Shown piece by piece: positions 21,301 through 30,258 of a stretch of 64,000 nucleotides of DNA. Source of the DNA: Gemmatimonadota bacterium (GTDB lineage Bacteria; Gemmatimonadota; Gemmatimonadetes; Palauibacterales; KS3-K002); assembly GCA_020344015.1 (NCBI GenBank), contig CP070812.1, forward strand, positions 2,385,002 through 2,449,001. The letters are read 5' to 3'. Below the pieces are notes generated by a model. It did no database searches. It worked only from the letters and a program-made list of their open reading frames with translations, and was not told the origin of the DNA. The position numbers were made by a program, and so were the translations under genes. Numbering within the stretch: the stretch's first letter is position 1; every line of letters starts with the position of its first letter.

Positions 21301-21669
21301 TCGAAGGTCTCGGACCTCGATGAGCTAGACTCTCTGACGTCGGAGCTGCGCGATCGCTTCGGCCGCCTGCCGCCAGAGACCCGGCGGTTGATCGCCGCTT
21401 CGCGGATCCGGATACTGGGCGGCCGGCTAGGCATCGAGCGCGTGCTCGTGACGCCCGGCGCCGCCCGCGTTAACTTCCGGCGCGGCCTGGTGCCGCGGAT
21501 GACGTCGCTGCGCGACGCCATGACCGGACGCGAGGTCGAAGTCGACGTCCGCAGGTTGCAGCCGCTCTCGATCGTATTCCGGGTCGCCGGAACGGAGGAC
21601 ATAGCTCCGATCGTCGTGGAAGCGCTAGAACGCATGTTCGAAGAGCAGAGTGGACTTGTGATGAACTAG
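18328..21669 (+). CDS. mfd: Transcription-repair coupling factor Mfd
   Basis: 1113 aa, UvrB-homology N-terminus, RNAP-interacting domain, SF2 translocase motifs (GDVGYGKTE, DEEQ, helicase C-terminal), TRG motif. Confidence 0.95.
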   Translation: MNRKNQKAARDFVIIDSLRSTPEFKRLTDRMPAPGEERALGGLGGSAPAVLAAALVESGAARSLLLVAPTASDAEEIETDLEALIPGQPRVFPQRESVHPDLTDPHIEISARRVDSLQAVITGRARILVTTARALAERFPIPASWSDLELHLQKEGEIDRDSLVGDLEKAGYRKVPMVEAVGEYSVRGGIVDVYPITTLDPIRLEFWGDTIESIRSFDILDQRSISDLGSARLLPVSFPIRDDHPQEKESVSATTGSLLELLPESTSILRIDAEAEKGERQKSWDELRRRSETPERYQDPPAAVHSRFGRFGQLHVVDSPDGADLDFGIQAAPVIDRHIDRLVASLHEALKAEARVLILCDNEGQLERLEEILEDTAGASTLRRITLGLGPLAGGFVIASAEPPLWTFTDHEIFRRQRRPRRRPQAASRAALDTLSALSAGDYVVHLDHGIGRYRGLERVEIGGEELETLVVEYAGGDILRVPHYRAELVERWISDDRDDGGATPKLHRLGSKSWGKLKKRARDAIQTMAAELLELYAARRVAEAHTFGSDTRWQREMESAFIYEETPDQERVADQVKLAMQQSRPMDLLICGDVGYGKTEIAIRAAFKAVQDGVQVGVLAPTTVLVEQHLQTFRARLADYPVLVESLSRFRTAREQENIVRRLAEGAIDVVIGTHRLISPDVRFKNLGLLVVDEEQQFGVTQKERLKALKRDVHVMTMTATPIPRTLHLSLSGLRDLAVIRTPPRNRRPIITHMMTWDDQTIEDAIRLEVDRGGQVFFVHNRVESIDEVAARVRRLLPDLRVEVAHGQMSERKLEKVMTEFVRREIQVLVATAIIENGLDVPNANTMIVHRADYFGLAQLYQLRGRVGRSHQRAFCYLIVPPNLPHETERRLNLLEQHTELGAGYRLALKDLELRGAGNLLGTEQSGFAHAVGFDTYLRLLEDTVAALRSGEDSAEARPKVPEVSITGSTYIPESFIPDERQKLDLYRRLSKVSDLDELDSLTSELRDRFGRLPPETRRLIAASRIRILGGRLGIERVLVTPGAARVNFRRGLVPRMTSLRDAMTGREVEVDVRRLQPLSIVFRVAGTEDIAPIVVEALERMFEEQSGLVMN

Positions 21670-21751
21670 GCGAATTTGAAGACGCGCACCTCTTCAGTCA
21701 GCAAGGCGCTTGGAGAGAGTAACTCGAGTCGAAACGATTACTACAGAAGGG

Positions 21752-23212
21752 ATGAACATGAGCCGGCTTTCACTCGCAACCGTATCCTTCGGCCTGCTCG
21801 GCGCTATCTTGGCCGCTTGCTCCCCAATGCGGGAGGGTATGGAGGGTCACAAGACGACCGTCGCTCGTGTCGATGGTTACTCACTCACCGTCGACCACGC
21901 AGCTGAGCTCGTAGGTGCCCTCTGGCCAAGCAATAGACCGCCCCAGCCGGCGCTCGTCGAGCGTTTGGCCGATCTCTGGATCGGATACACCTTGCTTGCC
22001 ATCGAGGTTGCTAGCCCGGACTCCACAGCTGACATCGATCTGACACCACTGATCGGGGCTGCTGTGGCTCGGGACATCATCGACCAGTGGTACCAGGAAA
22101 CGATACTCGCTCGCCTGGAGGAACCGACCGATAGCGTGCTACGCGAGTCGTACGAACGCCTACGGCCGTACGAGAGTGTCGAGACCCGTCAAATAACGAT
22201 CCGAGTCCCCGAGACGGCGACGCAAGCGCAGATTGACAGCCTGAAGCGCTTTGCCGACGATATCCGCGATCGCGCGCTGGCCGGAGAGGATTTTGGGGAG
22301 CTGGCACGTGCCTACTCCCAACATCCACCGACCGCCGCCGTAGGCGGCCAATTGGGGTGGGTAAACCGTGGCCGCCTGCTCTCCGAGCTGGAGCCGACTG
22401 TGTTCGCGCTCGAGCCGGGCGAGATCAGCGAAACCGTCAGATCGCGCCTGGGGTATCACATCTTCAAAATCACGGACCGCAGAAACCCAGACTACGAGTC
22501 GGAGCGCGAGCGATATCGAGGCAACCTGCTCCGACGGCAAGTGAGAGATCTGCAAGAAGAGTACGTCGGCTCGATCGTGGCGGCGGCTGACGTCCAGATC
22601 GCTCCGGGAGCGGTAAGCCTGCTGCAAGAACTCGCTGCTTCGGCTTCACTTCAGCGACTCAGCAGCGTCCGGCGCAAGGCTGAGCTAGCGCGCTATCGGG
22701 GCGGAGACTTCACCGTCGGTGAATGGGTCGACTTTGTACTCTTCGCGCGACCCGAGAACTTGCGTTACTTCGCCGACGAAGACTCGGCGAGGGTTCACGA
22801 GTCCTTCCTACGAGTGATACAGTACGAACTGCTGGCGAGAGCAGCAGAGGAGGCCGGTTACACAGCGTCGGACGCAAGGCTCGACAGCCTGCAGTCCGGT
22901 GCGGCGCAGGAACTGGTGTGGGCAGCGACTCAGTCAGACTTCTCGCACACCGCCTTCGTGAACGGCGACGACACAATCGAGGCAGCGGTCGATCGTGCGC
23001 TGGTCACGCTCGGCTTGGCACCGCCCGGCGCACCCCCGCTCGGCCGTCTCGTACCCGTCCTGAATGCCGGTCACGCGAGCCAGGTTTACCGAGATCGCTA
23101 TCCGGCGGTCGTTACTCGTGTGCTCGAACTCAGCGACGGGCAGAGGCAGCAAGCGGCGACCGGCGAACCAGCCGACCAATTGAACAGGGCGATCCAGGAC
23201 GTGGGCCAATGA
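21752..23212 (+). CDS. PpiC/parvulin-type peptidyl-prolyl isomerase, lipoprotein (SurA/PrsA-like chaperone)
   Basis: Lipobox LLGAILAACSP, parvulin core GGQLGWVNRGRLLSELEPTVF...GYHIFKITDRR. Start at MNMS after gaaggg SD. The ORF opens at 21710. Confidence 0.7.
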   Translation: MNMSRLSLATVSFGLLGAILAACSPMREGMEGHKTTVARVDGYSLTVDHAAELVGALWPSNRPPQPALVERLADLWIGYTLLAIEVASPDSTADIDLTPLIGAAVARDIIDQWYQETILARLEEPTDSVLRESYERLRPYESVETRQITIRVPETATQAQIDSLKRFADDIRDRALAGEDFGELARAYSQHPPTAAVGGQLGWVNRGRLLSELEPTVFALEPGEISETVRSRLGYHIFKITDRRNPDYESERERYRGNLLRRQVRDLQEEYVGSIVAAADVQIAPGAVSLLQELAASASLQRLSSVRRKAELARYRGGDFTVGEWVDFVLFARPENLRYFADEDSARVHESFLRVIQYELLARAAEEAGYTASDARLDSLQSGAAQELVWAATQSDFSHTAFVNGDDTIEAAVDRALVTLGLAPPGAPPLGRLVPVLNAGHASQVYRDRYPAVVTRVLELSDGQRQQAATGEPADQLNRAIQDVGQ

Positions 23213-24552
23213 GGCGTGGCCTGCCGCTGGCCTTGGCGCTGTGGCTCGCCGGAACCGGCACGTTGCCGGATCTCGCCACTGCCGCGGCCCAGGAGCCCGG
23301 CGTGCTGGTGGAAGGCGTGGTCGCCGTTGTCGGCGACACTGCCATCCTGTGGACTGAACTCCAAGAGTCTATGATCGAGGCTCAAGCCCAAGGCGTGCAG
23401 GTGCCTCAGGAGCCCCAGGCGCTCAGGCTGTTCCTCGAGGGAGCGCTGGACCAGAAGGTGAATGAGGTCGTGGTCTATATCAACGCGCAGCGTGCCGGTA
23501 TCACGGTATCGGACCGCGATGTCAGCGAGATGGTCGACGAGCGGCTGGCTCAGATACGACGGAATTTCCCTACCGAAGCCGCCTTCCAGCAGGCCTTGCT
23601 CGCGAGGGGCACGACCTCCGCCGAGTTCCGCATCCAGATCACCCATCGTACGCGGGTCGAGCTCGTGTCGCAGCAGTTTCTGCAGCAGGAGTTCAGCCAG
23701 ATAACGCCGGTCCCGGTGAGCGAGGCCGAGATCCGTCAGGTATTCGAGGAACAGCGACGAGCCTTAGGGCCCAGACCGGCCACCGTAGATCTGAAGCAGG
23801 TCCTGATTACGCCACACCCTTCTGAAGAAGCGGAGTTGGAAGCGCGGGAGCGGGCCGAGCAAGCGCTGTCACGGCTGCGAGCGGGCGAAGACTTCGCCCT
23901 GATCGCCCGCGAGTATTCCGATGACCTCGCGACGCGGGAGCGTGGCGGTGATCTCGGGTGGATCAGGCAGGGCCAGCTGTTGCCGGCGTTCGAAGACTTC
24001 CTGTTCCAGATGCGGCCCGGCCAGGTGAGCGGCCTCGTCGAGACGGAAATCGGCTATCACATAATCAAGCTCGAGCGGGTGCGGGGCGCCGAACGGCTGG
24101 CGCGCCACGTCCTATTTCGCCTGGAGGTGACAGAAGCAGACTCGGAAGCCACACGCCTGCTGGCTGAGGAGGTGGCTACCGCGCTTCGCGGCGGCGCCGA
24201 CATCGATTCGCTGATCAACGCGCACGGCGATCCATCGGAAGAGAGCGCCCTCACCGCCTACCCGCAGGACCGGCTCCCCGCGAACTACCAGAACGCGCTC
24301 GCCGGAGCTGCCGCCCGGGACATCGTAGGCCCGTTTCTCCTCGCCTCGGCGACTGGCGGCAGCGGCAAATGGGTCGTGGCGCAGATCTCGGGGCTACGGC
24401 CAGCCGGCGAGTGGACGCTCGACGACGTGCGCGAGACGTACAGACAACAGATCCAGCGGGATAAGACGCTGCAAAAGATCATCGGCGATCTGCGGGCAGC
24501 GACGTACATCGAGACTCGACTCGACGAATTCCCACTGCCAGCTCCAAGATAG
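23209..24552 (+). CDS. surA: SurA-like periplasmic chaperone / peptidyl-prolyl isomerase
   Basis: Signal peptide MRRGLPLALALWLAGTG, SurA N-terminal chaperone region, parvulin domain (GGDLGWIRQGQLLPAFE...GYHIIKLERVRG). ATG 23209 overlaps the upstream stop (ATGA). The longer ORF from 22723 is rejected. Confidence 0.7.
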   Translation: MRRGLPLALALWLAGTGTLPDLATAAAQEPGVLVEGVVAVVGDTAILWTELQESMIEAQAQGVQVPQEPQALRLFLEGALDQKVNEVVVYINAQRAGITVSDRDVSEMVDERLAQIRRNFPTEAAFQQALLARGTTSAEFRIQITHRTRVELVSQQFLQQEFSQITPVPVSEAEIRQVFEEQRRALGPRPATVDLKQVLITPHPSEEAELEARERAEQALSRLRAGEDFALIAREYSDDLATRERGGDLGWIRQGQLLPAFEDFLFQMRPGQVSGLVETEIGYHIIKLERVRGAERLARHVLFRLEVTEADSEATRLLAEEVATALRGGADIDSLINAHGDPSEESALTAYPQDRLPANYQNALAGAAARDIVGPFLLASATGGSGKWVVAQISGLRPAGEWTLDDVRETYRQQIQRDKTLQKIIGDLRAATYIETRLDEFPLPAPR

Positions 24553-24559
24553 CCCCCTC

Positions 24560-25522
24560 ATGCGACGGCCGAAGATCGCAGTAACACTCGGCGACCCGCG
24601 GGGCATCGGCCCCGAGGTCGCCGTCCGCGCTCTGCGAGATCCGCCAGCACCCGAGGCCGACATCGTGCTGATCGGGCCCGCCGGGCTCGAGGAAACCCGG
24701 GGGCTGGAGCTGATCTCGATCGGCCATTGGAGCGCCTCTGACGGCGCCGAACAGGCCGGCCACCTCTCTGCCAAGGCCATCGAGACCGCCGTATCGCTGG
24801 CTGGCGGCGGCGCAGTGGATGCAATCGTCACGGCGCCGATCTCCAAGTCGGCGCTAGCCGCGGCCGGATACGGTTGGCCCGGACATACGGAGATGCTCCG
24901 CGACTTGACCGGCGTTCCCGAGACGGGACTCTGTCTCGCCGCCGAGAAGACGGCCCTCGGTTCGCCGCTCCGGGTCGTCTTGGTCACAGGTCACATGGCT
25001 CTGCGCCTCGTACCGGGTGCCTATACGGCGGAACGACTGTCGCTGATGGCCCGCCTGACCCACGAGGATCTGAGGCGCTGGTGGGGGCTCGAGCGACCGC
25101 GGCTCGCTGTCTGCTCGCTCAACCCCCACGCATCGGATGATGGCCTGTTCGGCGACGAGGAAGAGCGAGTGTGCGAGCCCGCCATCGCCGGGCTGCGGCG
25201 CGAGGGGATCGATGTCGATGGCCCCTACCCTGCCGACACCGTGTTCCTAAGGGCAATGCGCGGCGCAGCCGATGCGGTGCTGGCCCCCTACCACGACGTG
25301 GGGATGGCAGTGATCAAGACGGCGGCATTCGGGTCGGCCGTCAACGTGACTCTCGGCCTGCCCTTCCCGCGCACGTCGCCTGACCACGGGACTGCCTTCG
25401 ATATCGCCGGGCGCGGGAGCGCCGATCCTTCGTCGATGCGGGCAGCGCTGGAAGCCGCCATCAGGTTCGCACGGCGCGCTTTGACGTCCCCTGATAAGTC
25501 CAGTAGATTGGCCGACGTATGA
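24560..25522 (+). CDS. pdxA: 4-hydroxythreonine-4-phosphate dehydrogenase PdxA
   Basis: MRRPKIAVTLGDPRGIGPEV N-terminus, HTEML and APYHD-like metal site motifs (GHTEMLRD, LAPYHDVGM). Confidence 0.9.
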   Translation: MRRPKIAVTLGDPRGIGPEVAVRALRDPPAPEADIVLIGPAGLEETRGLELISIGHWSASDGAEQAGHLSAKAIETAVSLAGGGAVDAIVTAPISKSALAAAGYGWPGHTEMLRDLTGVPETGLCLAAEKTALGSPLRVVLVTGHMALRLVPGAYTAERLSLMARLTHEDLRRWWGLERPRLAVCSLNPHASDDGLFGDEEERVCEPAIAGLRREGIDVDGPYPADTVFLRAMRGAADAVLAPYHDVGMAVIKTAAFGSAVNVTLGLPFPRTSPDHGTAFDIAGRGSADPSSMRAALEAAIRFARRALTSPDKSSRLADV

Positions 25523-25568
25523 AGGCAGCCACCCCTGCCTACTGCACCGCCCCCGGCGACCGGGTCTC

Positions 25569-26264
25569 GTGATCAAGCTCATCAACGTCTACAAGGAGTA
25601 CCCGCGCTCCGGGCTCGCCCTGAAGAACGTGTCGTTCCACTTGAGGAAGGGTGAGTTCGCGTTTCTCATCGGCCCATCGGGTGCGGGCAAGACGACAATC
25701 CTGCGTCTCATTCACATGGTGGAGAGTCCGACGGATGGCGAAGTCCGCGTATCCGGGTACTCGTCCATGCGGATGAAACGCCGCGACATCCCGAGGCTCC
25801 GGCGTCGCGTCGGTATGGTGTTCCAGACCTTCCGACTACTGCGTGACCGTACGGCGGCCGAGAACCTGGCCTTCGCCCTCGAGGTCACCGGTGGCCGGCG
25901 CAGCGAGATCAAGGGGAAGGTCCAGCGATTGCTGGCACACGTCGGGCTGGCGCCCCGCGCCGGCGCCTACCCGGACGAGCTGTCCGGTGGCGAGCAGCAG
26001 CGGATCGCTCTCGCCCGCGCCCTGATCCACGACCCGGTGGTCCTGCTCGCCGACGAACCGACCGGTAATCTGGACGAGCGTGCGTCGCGCGGCATCTTCG
26101 AGTTGACGCGGGACATAAACTCAGCCGGTACGGCCGTACTCATGGCAACACACAACCTGGATCTCGTGCGTCGCTATCCCCAGTACCGCGTGATCGAGCT
26201 CGCCGACGGAGCAGTCGTTTACGACTCGGCGGGTGAGGCACGCGAGTCCGGTGGCGAGTCATAG
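25569..26264 (+). CDS. ftsE: Cell division ATP-binding protein FtsE
   Basis: ABC ATPase with Walker A GPSGAGKTT, signature LSGGEQQR, Walker B LLADEPTGNLD. GTG start. Followed by ftsX. Confidence 0.9.
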   Translation: MIKLINVYKEYPRSGLALKNVSFHLRKGEFAFLIGPSGAGKTTILRLIHMVESPTDGEVRVSGYSSMRMKRRDIPRLRRRVGMVFQTFRLLRDRTAAENLAFALEVTGGRRSEIKGKVQRLLAHVGLAPRAGAYPDELSGGEQQRIALARALIHDPVVLLADEPTGNLDERASRGIFELTRDINSAGTAVLMATHNLDLVRRYPQYRVIELADGAVVYDSAGEARESGGES

Positions 26265-27114
26265 CGTTCGCGAGGCGATCGCTGCCTTCCGGCGCGCGCC
26301 CGGCCTCGCGCTCTTGTCGGCCATGAGCATCGGCTTGAGCCTCTTCGTGCTCGGGACATTTGGACTCGTCACCTACAACGTCGAGGTCACGCTGCGAACG
26401 ATCGAGCGTCGCGTCGAGGTGGTCGCCTATCTCCGTGACAACGTCTCCGCGGAACAGCTGGAGGTTCTGCAGAACGATGTCGGCTCGTTCCCGGAGGTGG
26501 AGAACGTCACCCACGTCTCGAAGTTCGAGGCGATGCGGAACGCCATGCAGCAACTGGAGGAGTTCCGAGAGGTATTTACCGACCTGGAGGTGAACCCGCT
26601 TCCCGCTTCGCTCGAGGTGCAGCTGCGACCGGACTACCGCGACCCGGAGTCGGTCCAGCGCGTCGCCGAGCTCATCGCGCTCTACCCGTTCGTCGAGGAT
26701 GTGCAGTATGGCCGCGAGTGGGTGGAGAAGATCTACCAGCTGCGCCGACTGGGAGGCGCCGTGGCCGCCGTTCTGGGGATTGCCTTCGCAGTAGTCGCCA
26801 TCCTGATCATCGGCACGACGGTGCGCATGGCCGTGCTGGCCCGCCGCGAGGAGATCGTCGTCATGCAGCTGGTCGGCGCAACCGACGGCTTCGTTCGCCG
26901 GCCGTTCCTGCTCGAGGGCTTCATAACGGGGCTGGCGGGCGGCGCTCTCGCCCTACTCCTTACCTACGGTGCCTATCTGGCGGTGAACGGGTCTCTCATC
27001 GACCTGGAGTGGCTGCCGCCGCTCTGGGCAACCCTCGGGGTACTTGCCGGTGGCATCCTGGGTCTGGCGGCCAGCGACACGGCGTTGAGACGGCACCTTG
27101 TCACCTATGCGTAG
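26233..27114 (+). CDS. ftsX: Cell division permease FtsX
   Basis: FtsX topology: N-terminal TM, large periplasmic loop, three C-terminal TM helices. Start uncertain (GTG 26233 or 26251) and overlaps the ftsE end. Confidence 0.85.
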   Translation: MRHASPVASHSVREAIAAFRRAPGLALLSAMSIGLSLFVLGTFGLVTYNVEVTLRTIERRVEVVAYLRDNVSAEQLEVLQNDVGSFPEVENVTHVSKFEAMRNAMQQLEEFREVFTDLEVNPLPASLEVQLRPDYRDPESVQRVAELIALYPFVEDVQYGREWVEKIYQLRRLGGAVAAVLGIAFAVVAILIIGTTVRMAVLARREEIVVMQLVGATDGFVRRPFLLEGFITGLAGGALALLLTYGAYLAVNGSLIDLEWLPPLWATLGVLAGGILGLAASDTALRRHLVTYA

Positions 27115-28324
27115 ATCGGCGCCCGCCCCACTACGCGCCAGCTCGCTGGCGGCGCTCGCCGTACTCGCCCTCGCGGGCCCTGCGCTGGGCCAGGAAGACC
27201 CCATCGCGCCGCTGGAAGAGCAGATCCGGCTGAGCCGCCAGCAGCTGGCAGCGATCCGCGACGAGCAGCGGCGTCTACGCACCGAAATGGACGCGCTCTC
27301 CGCCCAGATCCACGACGTGAGCGCCGAACTGGAGAATCTCAACCAGCAAGCCAGGAATCAGGAGGCGCTGCTACGCGAGATGGACCACCAGTTGGTGCTT
27401 CGCGATCAGCAGGTGTTGGCGACCACGTCCGATCTATTGCGAACGAAAGACCAACTGGTGGAGAAAGAAGTCCTCTTCGCACGCCGCGCCCGCGACCTGT
27501 ATGTGCGGGGACCGCTGGCGAACTGGCAGGTTCTGCTGGCAGCGGAGAACTTCTCCGACCTGATCAACCGCTACCAGTATCTCTACCTCGTAGCGTTGTA
27601 CGACCGGCTGCTGGTCAAACAGATCGAGGATCTCAAGGGCCTGCTGGAGGAGCAATACGATATGCTGCGCCGCGAGGTCCAAGGACTGCGCGAGACGCGC
27701 TCCGAGAAGGTCCGCGAGATCCAAGACCTCTACCTCTTGGAGCGGGAGCGCGGGCGCCGGCTCCGGACCGTAAGAGGGCAGCAAGCGACTGCGGCGCGCC
27801 AGCTGGAGGAACTGGAGCTCGCCGAGACCGAGCTCACCGGGCTGGTCGACCGCCTGGAGCGCGAGCGTGAAGCGGCCGAGGCCCTAGCCGCCGCCTCGCC
27901 GACGGCGAGCACCCTTGTGCCGGAGGACCGAGGCACGCTGAGCTGGCCGGTTCAGGGCAGAGTGATCTACGGCTTCGGACAGCAAAGAAACCCGGACGGC
28001 ACGAGGATCATCCGGCAAGGCATGGGGATCGCCGCTGCCGAACAGACTGAAGTCAAGGCGGTGGCCACCGGCACGGTCGCTTTCGCACAACCCTACCTCA
28101 GTTATGGGCCGTCGGTGATCCTCAGTCACGGCGGGGGCTACTACACGGTCTATCTGTATCTGTCGGAGATCCTTGTACGCGAAGGCGACCTGGTGGCGAC
28201 TGGGCAAGTCTTGGGCCGCGTAGGAGGTGCCGACACGCCCGAGGGCCCCCACCTCGAGTTCCAGATCCGGGTCAACCGCGAAGCTGTGGATCCGCGCCCC
28301 TGGTTGAGGGGTTCAGGTGGCTGA
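27098..28324 (+). CDS. envC: EnvC-like murein hydrolase activator (coiled coil + M23/LytM domain)
   Basis: Signal peptide, about 250 aa coiled coil, C-terminal M23 domain (…SHGGGYYTVYLYLSEILVREGDLVATGQVLGRVGG…HLEFQIR). Directly downstream of ftsEX. Confidence 0.8.
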   Translation: MSPMRRSAPAPLRASSLAALAVLALAGPALGQEDPIAPLEEQIRLSRQQLAAIRDEQRRLRTEMDALSAQIHDVSAELENLNQQARNQEALLREMDHQLVLRDQQVLATTSDLLRTKDQLVEKEVLFARRARDLYVRGPLANWQVLLAAENFSDLINRYQYLYLVALYDRLLVKQIEDLKGLLEEQYDMLRREVQGLRETRSEKVREIQDLYLLERERGRRLRTVRGQQATAARQLEELELAETELTGLVDRLEREREAAEALAAASPTASTLVPEDRGTLSWPVQGRVIYGFGQQRNPDGTRIIRQGMGIAAAEQTEVKAVATGTVAFAQPYLSYGPSVILSHGGGYYTVYLYLSEILVREGDLVATGQVLGRVGGADTPEGPHLEFQIRVNREAVDPRPWLRGSGG

Positions 28325-29474
28325 GCCCGGTTACCTGGCCGTCTTCGGTCACGAGGAGATCCGCGAGCGGTTCGCTCAAGCCGCATCGCTCGGCCGGCTT
28401 CCGCAATCGCTTCTCCTCCACGGACCCCGAGGAGTCGGCAAGCAGCGGCTGGCGCTTTGGACAGCTGCCGCGCTCAACTGTGGCTCTGAGAGCGACCGGC
28501 CGTGCGGAACCTGCCGCGCTTGCAGGCTGAGCGCCCGGCTTGAGCACCCGGATATCAACTGGTTCTTCCCGCTACCGCGCCCCAAGCGTGCCTCCGGAGC
28601 ACAACAGCTACGGCAGAAGCTGGAGGATCTGCGGGCCGCGGCCCTCGAAGAGCGCCGCGCGAATCCGCTCTACCTCGACGAGGAGGAGGGCGCCACCGGT
28701 ATCTATGTGGCCGCCGTCCACACTATGCGCAGCCTGGCCCAGAAGTCGCCCGCCATGGGCCCGGCCAAGGTGCTGATCGTCGGCCGCGCCGAGGCGCTCA
28801 CTCCCGGGCTCGGGAGCCCCGAAGCCGCTAACGCTCTGCTCAAGTTGTTGGAGGAGCCGCCCGCCGACACCACCCTCATCCTCACCAGCGACGTGCCGGG
28901 CGCCCTGCTCCCTACCATACGCTCACGGGTGCAGGCCGTTCGCATCCCGCCCTTGCCCGATGAGCGGATCGCTGTGTTCCTCGCCGCAGAGGCGGATATC
29001 CCCGAGGCCGAAGCGCGCCGCCTCGCCAGCCGCAGCGGCGGATCGATCGGCAGAGCCCTCGAACTCCGCAACGAGGAGCAGGAGTACCTCCGTGAGAGCG
29101 CCGCTGAAATCGTGCAGGCACTCCTCGATGGCCGGCCCGCCGCCCAGCTCGCCGCCGCCCATCGCTTCCGCTCCTTCGGCGCACGTGGCGCCTTCGGCCG
29201 AACCCTCAGCGAAGTCCGCGGCCTGCTCCGCGACCTCCTCGCCGCTTCGGCGGGGGCGACAGCTTCCGATCCCGACTCGGTCGCCACCCTGTCCGGCGCC
29301 TCTCCGCCGGATTTCAACCGCTTGGTCCGCTTGCTGGACGCGGTGGAGGAAGCCCGCGAACTCGCTGACCGCAACGTGAACCCCCAGCTCATCGTCGCCA
29401 ACCTCACGCGGCTTGGGACCGGGCACCTGACCCTCGCCCCCGTACCGCCGCCGCCCGGGACCGGAGGCGCCTGA
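28317..29474 (+). CDS. holB: DNA polymerase III subunit delta prime
   Basis: AAA+ clamp-loader N-terminus LLLHGPRGVGKQRLA and zinc module CGSESDRPCGTCRACRL. Confidence 0.85.
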   Translation: MAEPGYLAVFGHEEIRERFAQAASLGRLPQSLLLHGPRGVGKQRLALWTAAALNCGSESDRPCGTCRACRLSARLEHPDINWFFPLPRPKRASGAQQLRQKLEDLRAAALEERRANPLYLDEEEGATGIYVAAVHTMRSLAQKSPAMGPAKVLIVGRAEALTPGLGSPEAANALLKLLEEPPADTTLILTSDVPGALLPTIRSRVQAVRIPPLPDERIAVFLAAEADIPEAEARRLASRSGGSIGRALELRNEEQEYLRESAAEIVQALLDGRPAAQLAAAHRFRSFGARGAFGRTLSEVRGLLRDLLAASAGATASDPDSVATLSGASPPDFNRLVRLLDAVEEARELADRNVNPQLIVANLTRLGTGHLTLAPVPPPPGTGGA

Positions 29475-29965
29475 TGGCCCCGAAGAAGCGTAAGATGTCT
29501 CACGTGGACGAACAGGGGGCCGCCCGCATGGTCGACGTCGGCGACAAGGGGGTGTCACGCAGGACGGCCGTCGCTGAGGGCGCAATCTCCATGCAGCCAG
29601 CGACGCTCAGCGCGATCCGCCAGAACACTGTGGAGAAGGGCGACGTCCTCACCGTTGCTAAGGTCGCCGGCATCAACGCCGGAAAACGAGCTGCCGACTG
29701 GATCCCATTATGCCACCCGTTACAGATCGACGTAATTGATGTATCTTTGACTCTGGAGGAAGAGCTTCCCGGTGTAAAGGTCACGGCTCGGGCCGGCTTG
29801 ACTGGCCGGACTGGAGCCGAGATGGAAGCGCTGGTGGCCGCCAGCGCCGCCTTGCTCACCGTCTACGACATGTGCAAGGCACTCGACCGCGGAATGGAAC
29901 TCAGCGTCCGACTGGTCGAGAAGAGCGGCGGCCGAAGTGGAACCTGGCAGCGGCGCAATTCGTAG
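29474..29965 (+). CDS. moaC: Cyclic pyranopterin monophosphate synthase MoaC
   Basis: MVDVGDK…KGDVL…AGINAGKRAADWIPLCHPL…TGAEMEALVAASAALLTVYDMCKA are MoaC hallmarks. ATG overlaps the holB stop (TGATG). Start could also be MSHVDE at 29495. Confidence 0.9.
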   Translation: MAPKKRKMSHVDEQGAARMVDVGDKGVSRRTAVAEGAISMQPATLSAIRQNTVEKGDVLTVAKVAGINAGKRAADWIPLCHPLQIDVIDVSLTLEEELPGVKVTARAGLTGRTGAEMEALVAASAALLTVYDMCKALDRGMELSVRLVEKSGGRSGTWQRRNS

Positions 29966-30258
29966 TTAGGTGTGACTCGCTGATGCGAGGTTGACAGCGC
30001 GATGGCATGTGTGGTGGTGGGTGAGGTGTGGGCCAAAACTGTAGGATCCCCTACGATCCTAGTGCCCGCCTTTGGCCCGGCTAACGGCGGCCCAGGCGAC
30101 AGCGCCTGCTGGATAGCGGGTCGGCCGACTGAATCCCACGCGGAAACAACATTCGTGGCGAGGCCGTTCAGGGAAGCGGGCCCAGCTGTGGGCCCGGGCA
30201 GCTCCGAGCGTTGGGCGAAGAGGCGAGGGGAAGATCGTAAGGTTAGGATGGGAAAATA

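Noticed and set aside
18520-21635. Several 200-280 aa minus-strand ORFs inside mfd
   Set aside because: They are antisense to the mfd gene, which is unambiguous over its whole length.
22723-23208. 5' extension of the second SurA-like ORF (MGRLCTLRATREL…)
   Set aside because: It overlaps the upstream PPIase gene in another frame and is Arg-rich. The signal-peptide start at 23209 with ATGA coupling is far more plausible.
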